DNA of 64,000 nucleotides from Paraphysomonas bandaiensis (lineage: Eukaryota; Protista; Chrysophyceae), in the NCBI GenBank assembly GCA_965644295.1, contig CBFFRP010000255.1:124001-188000 (forward strand). The letters run 5' to 3'. The position numbers and the translations under genes are program-made. This document shows, one piece after another, positions 14,085 to 26,740 of this stretch. Position 1 is the first letter of the stretch. Every line of letters starts with the position of its first letter. The notes under the pieces are model-generated. The model had not been told where the DNA came from and ran no database searches. It saw only the letters and a list, made by a program, of their open reading frames with translations.

Positions 14085-14769
14085 ATGGGGATTGATCTTA
14101 TTGCCGGTGGAAGAAGAGTTGGACACAATGTCCGTAAGGCTCCTGTGTCTCAGGATGTTTACCTTAAGTTGTTAGTGAAGCTCTACAGGTACACTAAATC
14201 GGAATTAATTTTGATAATGCGATGTAATTATATATACTAGCTTTCTTGCTAGAAGAGCCGAGTCTAAGTTCGCTGCCGTCATTGCAAAGAGATTATGCAT
14301 GTCCCGTCTGAACAAGGCTCCCATTTCTCTGTCTCGTCTGGCCCGCTACATGAAGGGCAAGGAGGGGAAAATTGCTGTCATCGTTGGCGCTGTAACCAAT
14401 GACGCAAGACTTCTTGATGTGCCCGCTCTCACTGTGTGTGCCCTTCGCTTTACTGCTGATGCTAGGTAAATATTATTTTTATTATAAGTGATTGTTTTGA
14501 TTTTGCTTCCAAACAAAAGAGCTCGCATTACCAAGGCTGGTGGTGAGTGCATTACTTTCGACCAACTTGCCCTTCGCTCTCCTAAGGGCAGCAACACTGT
14601 CCTCCTTCGTGGTGCTAAGAACGCCCGTGAGTCTGTTCGTCACTTTGGCCACAGAACCACTGTCAATAACCCTCACACTCACGATTCCGTCAAGCCTTAT
14701 GTCAGGTCCAAGGGACGCAAATTCGAGAAGGCTCGTGGTCGTAGAAAGTCCAATGGTTTCAAGGTGTAA
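14085..14769 (+). CDS. RPL18: 60S ribosomal protein L18 (eL18), 3 exons
   Basis: [20 protein letters not shown] / FLARR..VVGAVTND.RLLDVP / [25 protein letters not shown]; introns ~14189-14240 and ~14465-14519. Confidence 0.97.
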
Positions 14770-15429
14770 GTTATCTCATCTACTGCTTCACCTCAGAGTG
14801 TTAGCCAGGATAGATGTAGGTATGTTTACCTTCTTGCCGCTATAATAATGAGATCCCTCTTATGTTGACAATCTGTATGTATAACTTTTGAGCAGTTGCA
14901 TTATATCGTTATATAGAGCGAGTATTATGTAGTAGTGCAATATACCAATCTTTTTTGTTTACGCAAATATGCGATATATATAGGCTTCATTAATTGTGGA
15001 CATATCACATGCTACATGCAGCATACACGCATCCATAGGCGTTTACGTTTTACAGTGTATTAGTGCACACAAAGTATATTAGGTGGACCCATGAGATGTT
15101 TAGTAAACATTACTTTAATTGCAACTTTGACACATACCAATACTAAGTACTATATACATATATATATACATTACTCTATTATGTGACGAATGTAGTATAA
15201 TGTATAAATGTATAATGGGCCCCATCAGTAAGATATAACTTAAACAAGAACGTTTTCACTCTTATAATTACTTGGACCCATCAGTGTGTTCTTTTTATGC
15301 TTCTTACGTACGGTTAGCACTAACTATTACATAATCTTTGTCACCACTTGAAAATAAAATTAAGTGCATGTAACATGTATGTAGTATATAATATATATAT
15401 ATATATATATGAAATATCAAAGTCTTATT

Positions 15430-15605
15430 ATTGGCAGTTGGCGTCAAGTAGTTAGATGACGACTAGTCAAGCTAAATCGACCTCTACCTGAAACTAACTA
15501 GCACAAATTCTCATATACTACTATGTAACGTTACAGAAGCTGCTTGCGCGTCGCCGCAAGCACAAAGGTGCGACACTTCCGTTCTTGTATATCAGGGAGA
15601 AGCTC
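15430..15605 (-). mobile_element. decayed 3' fragment of the LINE family at 34.9-47.3 kb
   Basis: AAGCTGCTTGCGCGTCGCCGCAAGCACAAAGGTGCGACACTTCCGTTCTT matches the reverse complement of ~47064-47114. Confidence 0.75.
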
Positions 15606-17058
15606 CAGAGCAAAAATGTGTCACGAACATCGGGGCAGGGTAGCTGAAGCGCATATCATCTGATCTGAGTCAGTACTCTTTCGAACAATCAATGCTTCTG
15701 TTTCATGTTTCCAGGTATTCGAAGGATTGGAAATCGCGTCAGCACTCGAAAGGGTACGAGTTATTTCTCTTGTAATTTCACAATCACGCAACGAACTGGT
15801 CTTGACACTTTCAACGGCTGAAGGATGGTCACACAATACACGACTCTCACATATATGCATCAGACATCCACCTATATATATCATCATCCAATATTCCCTC
15901 ATAAATTTAGAAAATTGGGCCCCAAAGTTATCACTTTTAAATACGCAAGTATATGTTGTTTGAGGTAATTGTACTGTGATATATCGAATGGTGAAGATGT
16001 ATCAGTACTTTCGGAGAGCGCCAACTCGGTGATATGAAACACACTAATGCTCAGAATACCGCTGATAGCATCACTTGTATATACTGTCTTCATCATACGA
16101 AAACAGAATTTCGCTTTGTTTCCTTGAATGTGATGAAATCGTATCAAACTTATCCTATATAACTGCAACTCAGTTGTTAAAATTCGTCATCTCTAGAGTT
16201 TTAAAGAAACTATCACTTGTGGTTAAAGGTGGTTAACACTCGCAGAAGAAACAACATCCATTCTCAAATATAGAGACTCCCAACGCGATGATTCCTCGAT
16301 TATTTGCAATACACACTGATAAGTAGAATGCCTTTGTCTTTAATCTCGAAACGATGGACGCTATCAAAACCACTTTACTCTGCCTGACGATGGGAATGAA
16401 ACTATACATCACGCACCTTCCAGTTTCCGAGCGATATTACCACATCTATTGTTCCCCCAGCCTAAAAAGAGTTGACTGGATATGTCGTTGCAGTTTATTG
16501 TAATCTGATATCATAGTATTGTACTTGATGTGTGCAAGGGTTTATAATCGATAGATAGTAGGCGATGAATGCGACAGATAGAACAAGACATCAGTTCAGT
16601 TATAGTTATCACTTCAGGACAGAAGTCACATGTGTCACAATATCATAATTGTGTTTCACTATGATGCTCGTCTGTGGAGCATAGGAACTCCTTCTGCAGT
16701 TTGAAGCACTCCATGATACTGCTCCATGATGATGCTGGAAGGGCAGTGTGCCCATCACGATCCATGAAGGATTTCATCCTGCACTGCTGGATTGTTCACA
16801 CACAAGCGACTAGAAAAAAAACAGTACACCAAGTGCACAGATATCCCGTTATACGGGTTACGGAGCATGTGGTACAGAGTACTACACACTGCTGGTCTGG
16901 CCTGGTCAGTGTGTTTGTACGATATGCGCTGATGGCTTACTGTCACTGTGCTAAATTAAATCCTGTAAATAAAGTACAATTAAATACTATCAAAGTGTGG
17001 TTTACATCCACAACACACAATGCTATAGACTGTGTAGATGTATATCTATAAGAGTCAT

Positions 17059-19321
17059 ATGATGTGGGTGAGAAAAGGCTCCTTGACGAGTTCCGTCTAT
17101 GCTCTGCGAGTTACACAGAATCGCAGGATCTCTGCACTGACTCCACTCGTAAGTAAAATATCCTCTGCTATTGATGAAAAATTTGGACAAAAGAATATGT
17201 ACGCACCTAATGGGTACAATAATCCTTGGTTGATGGCCTTGCCAGCACTAGCAGCCCAAGTAACAGTTGGTTAGTAGCTGGCGCTAATATATGTCCCCTT
17301 TAACTGTCTGCGTAGGGTCGATTCTCGCCTGGCCGAATATTGCGGATGTACTGACGAAAGAAGTAGGATTTGTTACACCCCATATATCAGACTGGAGCCT
17401 TGTTGAGTGCACGTTTCCAATGTATATGGCGTTCATGTTCTATGGGTCTACCTCCGCTTTTTTTGGTCCCTGGCTTATTCAAGAAGGCCCCAAAAAAAGT
17501 CTTCTATGTTCGTCGTTGTCAATTGGAGCAGGTTTAATGCTTGGTGCAGTAGGAGTATATACTCACACACAACCATTGTTACTGATGGGCTGTGGGGTTT
17601 GTTCCGGAGCTGCAATAGGAATGGCATTCACGTCTTGCACTCAGACCCTCATGGAATTGTTCCCAAATAGAAAAGGATTCGCGTCAGGCATGTCGCTCGC
17701 TGCCTTTGGATCTGGTGCTCTTGCCTTTACCCCATTCACGCAAAAGCTCGTTAATTACTTTGCTGTCATGCCGGAGTATTTGGGTCCAGCGAAAGAGTTC
17801 ACAGTGAAGTCTGTAGATAGCAAGCTATTTGTTGACTTTAATGGGAAGACCGTAGAGGTTGTTGAAGCCCTGTCTGCAGATATTGCCAAACTTCCCTATG
17901 ACCTAGCGGAAGGGCTATATGTGGTTGGATCTGGGTCTACCGGGGCTGCGGCTGCATTGGCTGTGCTAGGTGTCTCGTACTCAGCCTTGCTCCTCGGGAC
18001 TGCTTTGACGATACGGAAGCCCTTCCCAGGTCTCTCTTCTGCGTCTAGTATTGATAAGATTACAGGGAATACAACTGTTGAGTCGGTACCTGCTGTAGAC
18101 GATAGGAATGAACTTGAGTCACGAGTACATGACGTTATCAGGTATTGCAACGACCTGTTAATTCTCCTTCTGTTTAATTGTTTTGTGACCTTAGAAACCC
18201 ACATTTTCATCTTCTTAGTACTAGTGTTGCCTGTGCAGGAGTAGGGGGTGTAGGTGTACTTATGATTGCGCCTCCTCTTCTCACCCAGGTAAGATTGTGT
18301 GTTCTTTATATATATATATATCTGTGTTGGTAATATGTGTTGTTAGCTTTCCGAAGTGACCCAAATGCCCCTTCCCGTGAGCTCACTTACGACTCTCTTT
18401 ACGTTATCTGGAATCGGTAGTACACCTAAGTAAATATGAGATATCTTATTAACATTGCTGTTCGTAAAGGTGGTGCGCTAGCATGGTCATCTCTGTCAGA
18501 CCTTGTTAATCGACGGGCTGTTCTGGCACTTGTAACTGCCGGGGCGATCCCTTTGTTTGGGTCGATACAGCCCAGCATCGATGCCATCACCAGCTCCACG
18601 CAAGAATCTTCAATGGCGTTAAACGCAATTGTAGCATCTAATTCGATTGCCATATCATTTGCTGCTGGTGTGTGTGCAATTCTTCCTGCATACAAGGCGG
18701 ATATGTTCGGTTTGAGGACCACAGGAAGGTTACAAGGCATGACAACTTTGTACGCTGTTTTGGCAGCTTTGTTTGGTACGGCGCATTATGTTTAGTTAAC
18801 AACAATATTACTTATATGTGCGTAGGTCCAGATTTGTTGGAAATGATATTGACTGCAAGTAAGAAGTCTACTGTCGACAGTATCGCCGAAAAGGTAAGGG
18901 TTTAATTCAGTGGTTACTATTTACTTACAATCGTATGTAGTTATCACCCGAGCAGTTCTTGGAAGTGTTTGGGAACACACTGGACGTTGTTAAGGAAGAA
19001 ATCGTTAAACATAAGTTTGAGCTGGAGTCAGTTGTACCTACACTGTCTGATGAGTTGTCGCATATAACGCTCCACACGTACGTATTGTCGTGATCTCTAT
19101 AGACTGTTATTTTCTAAATTAATTGCAGGTATGACACCGCCCTGTTGACACTGACAGCTGTTGCTGCCACTGGAAGTGCAACGCATGCGTTAGTGAAATC
19201 GAAAGATCTTGCAAAATTTACCGAAATAGTTAATCCCCCAGGTACTCAATACCCGAAAAAGCGGTTCATTGATCGAAGGTTAAAAAGTAATGCCAGTGGG
19301 AGGAAGCGAGTTGACTCTTAG
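17059..19321 (+). CDS. MFS transporter, oxalate/formate-antiporter-like, multi-exon
   Basis: Multiple TM segments, FPNRKGFASG motif, AILPAYKADMFG; short introns; stop TAG at 19319-19321. Confidence 0.75.
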
Positions 19322-20514
19322 GGTATAAATTAGCTTAACTTTTTTGCTATCTAAAAAGAATATATATTGTTTTTCGGTTCATCTTAATAACATTCATTTC
19401 GCCCTTACCAAATAACCGCACCTCTTCACTGGGGGTTGAGGGTGGAGCAATTAACATTAGCGTCATTATTAATAACTCTACTCTTTTGGACGTGCAAAGC
19501 TTCATAACAGACGTTTAGTAAGACAGCCCAAAACGTTTACGCTTTGTAAGATGTATACGTTGTAAAAGTAATATATTAAATAATTATAGTAGTGTTGAAC
19601 CTGTGACAAAAGTACTGCAACATTTTGATGGGATGCTACCTTACAACACTATTGCAATGTATTGCTCCTCAGCCCTAGTTTCTAGTTTATAGAGTAGAAA
19701 TAATTTAAGAAGTATCAACTACAGCTAACTCGAAATGTTGCTAAGTAGTAGCCAATTGATAGATACCAAGAATTTTTACAAGGTTGAGAATAAGCTATTT
19801 ATCATCACGTATCTCTACCGTTAATATCATCGTTTAACAAGCTCTCGTTGGTGCGAATCACTTAACGGAACACCGTCCAAATGATAGTAAAAACAGCAGA
19901 TTCTTCAGGTGCGTTAGCCACAGGCGAGAGTGTATCATCTAAGGCACTTACCCGCTCTGAAGCAACTCAATAGGTGGCTAACCCTTTATGACTAACATCC
20001 GGTACTATGATAAGATGAGATACCATAAGATATGATGAGATATGGTGTTGTGGTGATGCTCGGATTGGTATTGAATGATGATTCAATGATTGACTTTGAG
20101 GCAGGTATATAGATAGGAGATAGCTAGGACATAGCATAGGTGTACAGATACACTAGGAATCCTACTGTATGAACTACGACGTACATCCCTCTCCATAGCA
20201 GTCATCTGTACTCGATTATCATACAGAGGTACATTCGCGCAGTACAATAGACCGGTACGCCAACTTGAACATGCAGTGGATAGCATATAGCAGCAGCATG
20301 TACAGCCCACAATATCCCTCATGTACTCCTGCGGTATAGTGGTACGTCAACTGACTGCAATTATGTGGCAGAGTACCAAATACAACAGCCGACCTGAATA
20401 ACCAGCCACTACATTAACCTTGAAGTTATCAACTGAGGAGTGAGTTCCGAACAGTTGACTTGATATTTGTTAACTATTGCTCTGGCTGAGCTATAAGATT
20501 GAGATATAGCTGAT

Positions 20515-20838
20515 ATGGATGAAGAGCGCAGAGACTCCAGTGATCATAAGGTTGGCTTTAAAATTGGAGATGACGTAGATAATAGGGACCATGGGTCCAA
20601 GGATGAAGATGAAATTGTAGAGAATGTGTCATCAGACAGCCCAGAGCATGAGAGTGCTTCAGGTATGACCTACCCACTCTGTATTGTTTGTAAAAGTGGG
20701 GAGGCCAAGTATCAACCGGACTCATGCAATTGTGCCTTCACGTATTGTAAAAAGTGTGCAATGAAATGCGCCACAGGTGGAAAATGTAAGGCATGCACAA
20801 CATTTTTTGGTTCGCTGAAATTGTCTGGACCAATCTAG
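20515..20838 (+). CDS. small protein with a C-terminal RING-like zinc finger
   Basis: CIVC...CNC...CKKC...CKAC eight-cysteine pattern after an acidic N-terminus. Confidence 0.6.
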   Translation: MDEERRDSSDHKVGFKIGDDVDNRDHGSKDEDEIVENVSSDSPEHESASGMTYPLCIVCKSGEAKYQPDSCNCAFTYCKKCAMKCATGGKCKACTTFFGSLKLSGPI

Positions 20839-21400
20839 GCTTTTTTATATGTAAGTCTGAGTTGTGGTGAGATAAATACTGCTTGAATATGGACACTGTT
20901 GTAAGAGGTTACTGTGGTAAATTTTAAAGAGGTTTACTGCTAATGCATTAGTTTTGGTTTCTCTATATGTTTTGAACTGAGTTCTGCCATTGAAATACGT
21001 TGTCGACGTGAAACTATCGAATTGCAGTGTTAAACAATGTATTGTTACATTGTCAACCACCTCTACCACAATATATATTTGCATACTAACATTGTGATAT
21101 ATTGCTTCTGATCATAGATATAAATGAACTGTCATATATCGTAAGATACCGTAGTATACTACAAATATAATTGTAGAACACCAATCCGAAACAGCCGATT
21201 CCGTACCGAGAAACGTCCAATCACACAGTAATATAACACATACTCTGTAAGAGCATTCATCACTAACTTCAATTTAAGTCAGTACATCATATATTCGTCA
21301 CCCCTTCAATTGTCTGTCTCAAGGAAACCATCATTTTCCTCTATAATTAATAAACAGAAGCAGTGGTGCGTTTGTAGACAGCAGCATCGTACGAAAGGTT

Positions 21401-21645
21401 AGTAGTAAATGTCTGATCATTAGCAATAGACGTTTAAAAGTCAGAACTACTTTGCAAAACAATTTAACTAACTAGTGCATAACTCTGATATTCTACTATT
21501 TAGCGCTACGAAAGCTGCTTGTGCGTCACTCCAACAAGGTGCAACCACTTTTGCTCTCTGTAATTAAGGTGAACTAGCCCGGGCGCTTGATTTCAGCAGG
21601 CAGCCCAGTACTCCGAATGCCCTTGAGGTAGGCCCATTCCCGGGT
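21401..21645 (-). mobile_element. 5'-truncated copy of a related LINE subfamily (3' UTR and tail)
   Basis: Reverse complement contains GTGGTTGCACCTTG..GACGCACAAGCAGCTTTCGTAGCGCTAAATAGTAG and ends CAGACATTTACTACT, like the LINE 3' end CAGACATTCACTACT. Confidence 0.8.
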
Positions 21646-22744
21646 GCCTGTTTATTTTCTTATGAGTGGACAGAACAATATCTTGTGACTATATATGCGG
21701 TTCACGTTATTTGTAGTTTCATGAAGAAATATCTCCGGTACTTATCCCCCAAAACCCCACGCATAGGTGCGAGTCCGACTTTTTTAAAGATACAAAATGA
21801 TGGAAATATACACTGTGTACTTGTGTTCATTTCTGGAACCCTCCACAGGAATAAATATTGCTTTTAACTCAATGAACAATAAACGCTTCTTCATACCACA
21901 GCCCCTACACAATAGCATTTTAGATAATTCGGTCAGTATCTGTGAAAGGTGGTTATCGTTTGAGACATAAGCACATAGCAAGCAATATTAATGTTGATAG
22001 CTGAAAGGGCGGGCGTGGATGGGCAGATGGGAGTATTTTGGTACCTGTCTCTCGAGTCCTGGTGCATTTACTATACTATAAGTGTTTACGACAGGAAGAT
22101 ACTACTCCATTGTAAATCCCACATAAAACTACGTTTCTGTAGGCTTGGTGAATCATTGCTCTGCTAGGTTCTGAAAAAATGTACATCGAATTTAGATTAC
22201 TCTAAATCCTAATAATTGTGAAACGGGTCTGTGGCTTTATTCTTTAACTTTATTGCTCAGAACATATTTCTATAAAGATTAGGAGTAGTTTTCTTCAATA
22301 AGAATGATAAAATATTACACTGACATCTCTTTAAATGTAAAAACTACCGTCATATAGCATTTGTACGCAGTGATAACATCAGTAAATTATAATTGTACCT
22401 GTGGGTGCCTGACAACTTGACAGTTTGTGTGAAACATATACGAGCTGCAGTAAGTGATTTGTGTGAATATTATTATAATATATCATATCCACTCCATTAA
22501 ACTTATTTGAGAAATATGTAGACACCCCTTCTGTAGAAACAAATAGTGGTGGTTGTACGCATTGATTGGAGTATAACGACTGGAGAGACTCCTTTGAGAA
22601 TCTAACGTAAGCCGCAAGCAAACCTTCTGCTCACTCATAGCGGAATGCTTGTGTGGTACAAGTACAAGGGACACTAATAGAAGTGTAATTTTTGTAGACA
22701 TCTTTCTAGTTTTTGAGCCCTGATGAATAAACTGGCATCTAGTA

Positions 22745-22957
22745 ATGGACCCACCTCAAGGGCATCTGGGACTGGGCTTCCTGACGTCAAGCATCCGGGA
22801 TGTTCACTTTAAGGATTCAAAAATCCTGAAGTCAGCAGATGTCAGGTATATCGCTATTCTGCTTGCTCACTGCGTTTGCTTTAAGTGATAGAGCTAAAGT
22901 GGTTGCACATTGATGCTCGCAGTGACGCACACATCCACACACAGCCTTCGTAGAGTT
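22745..22957 (+). mobile_element. LINE-family 3' remnant, 5' part (interrupted by the Copia element; continues at 26496-26589)
   Basis: Homologous to the reverse complement of ~21505-21637 and to 47074-47124. Confidence 0.75.
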
Positions 22958-25900
22958 TGTTGAGATCTGAAGATTCTATATACTTGCAATTGAGTGCAGT
23001 ATTATGTGAGATGCAAGGATCGAAAGATATATATGTAATTAGTACATTATATTATGTAGTATGAAACTGAAGTAGAAGTGGATGACTATACAGGATACGA
23101 TCACTGAGTGTGTGGTTTGTACACTATAGTAGTAAATGAATGGTGTTGAACACATCGAACACAACTTAGGTTCTTTATCATGTAATGTTTATAATTTCAT
23201 CTTTATCACATCTCAGTCTACCTTAATTGTGAATCCAGACAAGGGTATAAGTACGTGCTCCTATTTACGGACTTAGCAACAAAGATGATATGGGAATATG
23301 GATTGAGGACTCGAAGCGGAGAGGAGGTGTTCAAATGTCTACGACACTTGTGCGAGGTCCACTTAGTGAAGTACGAGGGGTGGAACCGTATAGTGGAGTA
23401 TCATGCCGATGGAGGATCCGAACTTATTAGTCAGCAGATAAGAGAGTATCTGTTGCAGCGATATGGGACTCGGGTGTCACATACAACACGAGACACGCCA
23501 GAGCTCAACGCGGTGTCTGAGAGGAAATTCCGAACAATTGGGGAGATGACACTGACGATGTTGACGGCATCTGGACTTCCAAAGTCGTTCTGGTTTGATG
23601 CTTATCAAACTGCATGTTACATTGTGCGACGAATGCCAACTCGGACGTGGCAAGGATGGATGTCTCCATATGAGTGTGTCCCAGGGGGAGCGTTCCCAGC
23701 CTATCGTGGCTACGGAAATGGGGGTGCAAAGCATATGTGCTAACACCCAAGGCCGACAGGAGGAAGGACTGGGAGGACAAAGCAATGACAGGTTATTTCA
23801 TAGGGTATCCAGCTGATCGAAAAGGATACAAGGTGCTAGTGGGGGACACCGTAGTACACTCTGTACATGTATTATTTGATGAATCGGTACCTGAGAGGTC
23901 TCAGGATTATTATAGAGAGCTGGAGGAGGCTCAAGTGGCTATAGATCCCGAGGCTCGTCAACCGGGTGAGTTTGAGTATCTTATCGGAAAGCACCATGAG
24001 GATGGTGGTCTGCTATACAAGACTAACAGAGTGGTGATAAGGAAGGGACTTATTGTGGGATACCGGTCGTTGGTTACTGGTAACCAGGTTCAAGTGGAGG
24101 ATAAAACTCCTATTCATATTGCTGACATCAAGAAGATGACAGAGGATCTTGCGCAGAGGGTGGTTAGGGCCAGAGTTACTGACAACCGTGACGGCGGTAT
24201 CAGCGGAGTGGTGCCACAGCAGTCGGAAAGTGGGCAGGTGCAGCCCCAGGCTGACTCAGCATTACCTTCGGGGGAAGGGACCCCTGCCGAGAATCATCCG
24301 CACGGCAAACGCGCAAGAACTCCAAGGACGGTAACGAATGTGTCGGTGTTAGGACAAATCCATCATTTGAGTGATGAGAGTGATGTGAGTGACCTTTTAC
24401 AGGAGGCAGACTCAGTGTGGATGTCAGCGGAAGAGTCGACAGTGCCTCAGACACATCGTGAGTCCTTGGAGAGTGCCGAGCACAGGGAGTGGAGACGAGC
24501 TCGCCGTGTAGAGCGAGAGGGTTTGGCGAAGCGAGATACCATGGAGGTGACTCGTATACCGGACGGAGTCGTCCCACTGCACTCCAAGTACGTCTATGGA
24601 AAGAAGTACGATAAGGAGGGAGAGGTCCGCCGATATAAGGCTCGTCTTGTAGCAATCGGTTGTGGACAGCAGTCGAGTGGTTGGGCGAACCATTTCGCAC
24701 CCGTTGTTAAGGGGGTAACAGTGCGACTGTTAATCGCCATAGCTTTCGTGATGAACATGGTAATTCATCAACTGGATGTGTCTATAACGCATTTCTATAT
24801 GCAGATATAGAGGGGGATGTATATATGAAGGCAACTCCGGACTTTCAGCTGCCTGAGGGGTACTGCTTTAAGTTGAAGAAGTCGTTATACGGGCTTCGGA
24901 GTTCCCCGCGGTCGTGGTGGAAAACATTGGATAAATTCATACGATCTATGCATTTTAAACCATGTGTATTAGACCCGTGTTTGTATTATCAGTATAAGGG
25001 CGATGAATTGATATTATTAACGATATATGTGGATGATATCCTAGTGTTAGGTCGTGATGTCAACATAGTGAAGGATATTAAAGCTCTCAACTGTGTGCCC
25101 GGTTTGATATGAAGGATATGGGCGAGATGGAACATTTTCTGAATGTTCGAGTCACAAGAACGCCAGAGTATATTCGTCTTGACCAATCAGTATATGCGGC
25201 TAAGATCTTAGAAAAGTTTGAAAAGTATCTTGGGCCACCGCGAAAGGTACGGAAGAGTCCTCTACCGGCGGAAGCAATGGATTTAGTGGCAAAAGGGGCG
25301 CGGCATGAGCATACCGAGGAGGAACAGCTTATAGTAGATAACTTCCCATATCGGCCGCTGATAGGTGCATTACTATATCTATCGATGAACACGAGGCCGG
25401 ATATTGCCTATGCAGTGGGAGTACTGTCTCGGTTCAGTAATAAGGTGAATATTGAAGTATGCAAGCTATTAACACATGTATGGCAATATATTCGTGGTTC
25501 TATTGACAAAGGGATTCAATATGGGAGTAGACGGTTCGACTTCCATATGTTTACTGACGCGGATTGGGCGGGAGATCAGCTCTCCAGGAAGTCCACGTCG
25601 GGGTACGTTGGGTTTGCAGCGGGAGGGCCTATAGTCTGGCAGTCCAAACTGCAGACGACAGTGGCAACGTCAAGCATGCAGTCTGAGTATCAGTGTATTT
25701 ACTCGGGTCTCCAAGAAGTGCTATGGGTTCGGGGGGTGACGGGTGAGATTAAGTTGAGGCTCATCAAACCCACACCATTCTTCATCGACAGTCAGAGTGC
25801 CCAGGATTTGGCCGAAAACCCAGTGTTTCACAAGAAGTCGAAGCACATTGAGATTAAGTATCACATGGTGAGAGAGCACGTGGATCCCAATCAGTTCAAT

Positions 25901-26490
25901 ACGATTAAGTTAGTGCATGTGCATACATCGCAACAAGCAGCAGATATTTATACAAAGTCATTGGTTGGTTTATCATATATGGAGCAGAGAAAGAGAAATC
26001 TTGGAGAGAAAGTTAAGAGTTCCACTGAAGTGATTAATGAGGGACCAAGGGATAAAAGAAGGCGCAAGTAGGTACTGAGTTTTTTAGACAGAGGTTTAGA
26101 CTTAGAGATGAGTCTATTTTACTGTCAAGAATTTTTTTTTATCTCAGGCATTCAATAGCTGGGAGGCGTCATAGTACAACACTCAATTGAGGGGGAGTGT
26201 TGAGATCTGAAGATTCTATATACTTGCAATTGAGTGCAGTATTATGTGAGATGCAAGGATCGAAAGATATATATGTAATTAGTACATTATATTATGTAGT
26301 ATGAAACTGAAGTAGAAGTGGATGACTATACAGGATACGATCACTGAGTGTGTGGTTTGTACACTATAGTAGTAAATGAATGGTGTTGAACACATCGAAC
26401 ACAACTTAGGTTCTTTATCATGTAATGTTTATAATTTCATCTTATCAGTTGAGAATAGTAAACCTTAGCAAATAATGTCAACTTCTGTTA
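22958..26490 (+). mobile_element. Ty1/Copia LTR retrotransposon, internally deleted (gag, protease and PBS missing)
   Basis: LTR segments 22958-23203 and 26198-26443 are identical; PPT TGAGGGGGAG at 26188-26197; domain order IN-RT-RNaseH; TSD GAGTT at 22953-22957 and 26491-26495. Confidence 0.93.
23255..26071 (+). pseudogene. Copia pol (integrase core, RT, RNase H) split across four ORFs by three frameshifts
   Basis: IN: ADGGSEL, PELNAVSER; RT: YKARLVA, LKKSLYGL, YVDD; RNaseH: TDADWAG, KSKHIEIKYH, QAADIYTK. Confidence 0.9.
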
Positions 26491-26495
26491 GAGTT

Positions 26496-26589
26496 AAATA
26501 GTAGGATATCAGAGTTAAGCACGGACTAAATTGCAATACTAAATTCTTACTCTTAAACGCCTATTGCTAATAGCAAGATATTCATTACT
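26496..26589 (+). mobile_element. LINE-family 3' remnant, 3' part
   Basis: AAATAGTAGGATATCAGAGTT...AAACGCCTATTGCTAA...ATTCATTACT matches 47125-47255. Confidence 0.75.
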
Positions 26590-26740
26590 TATCACTCTGA
26601 CCACCTAATATTTAATATTTACCAGGAGTACTAGCTATTTCGCCGACAACATATCTGGTGGCACCACCCATATTATAATTTAGTAGAATTATTACACATA
26701 TAAAACATACTGCACTAAATAATCACAAAAGGCTATCACA

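Noticed and set aside
15385-15410. (TA)n microsatellite
   Set aside because: Ordinary simple repeat
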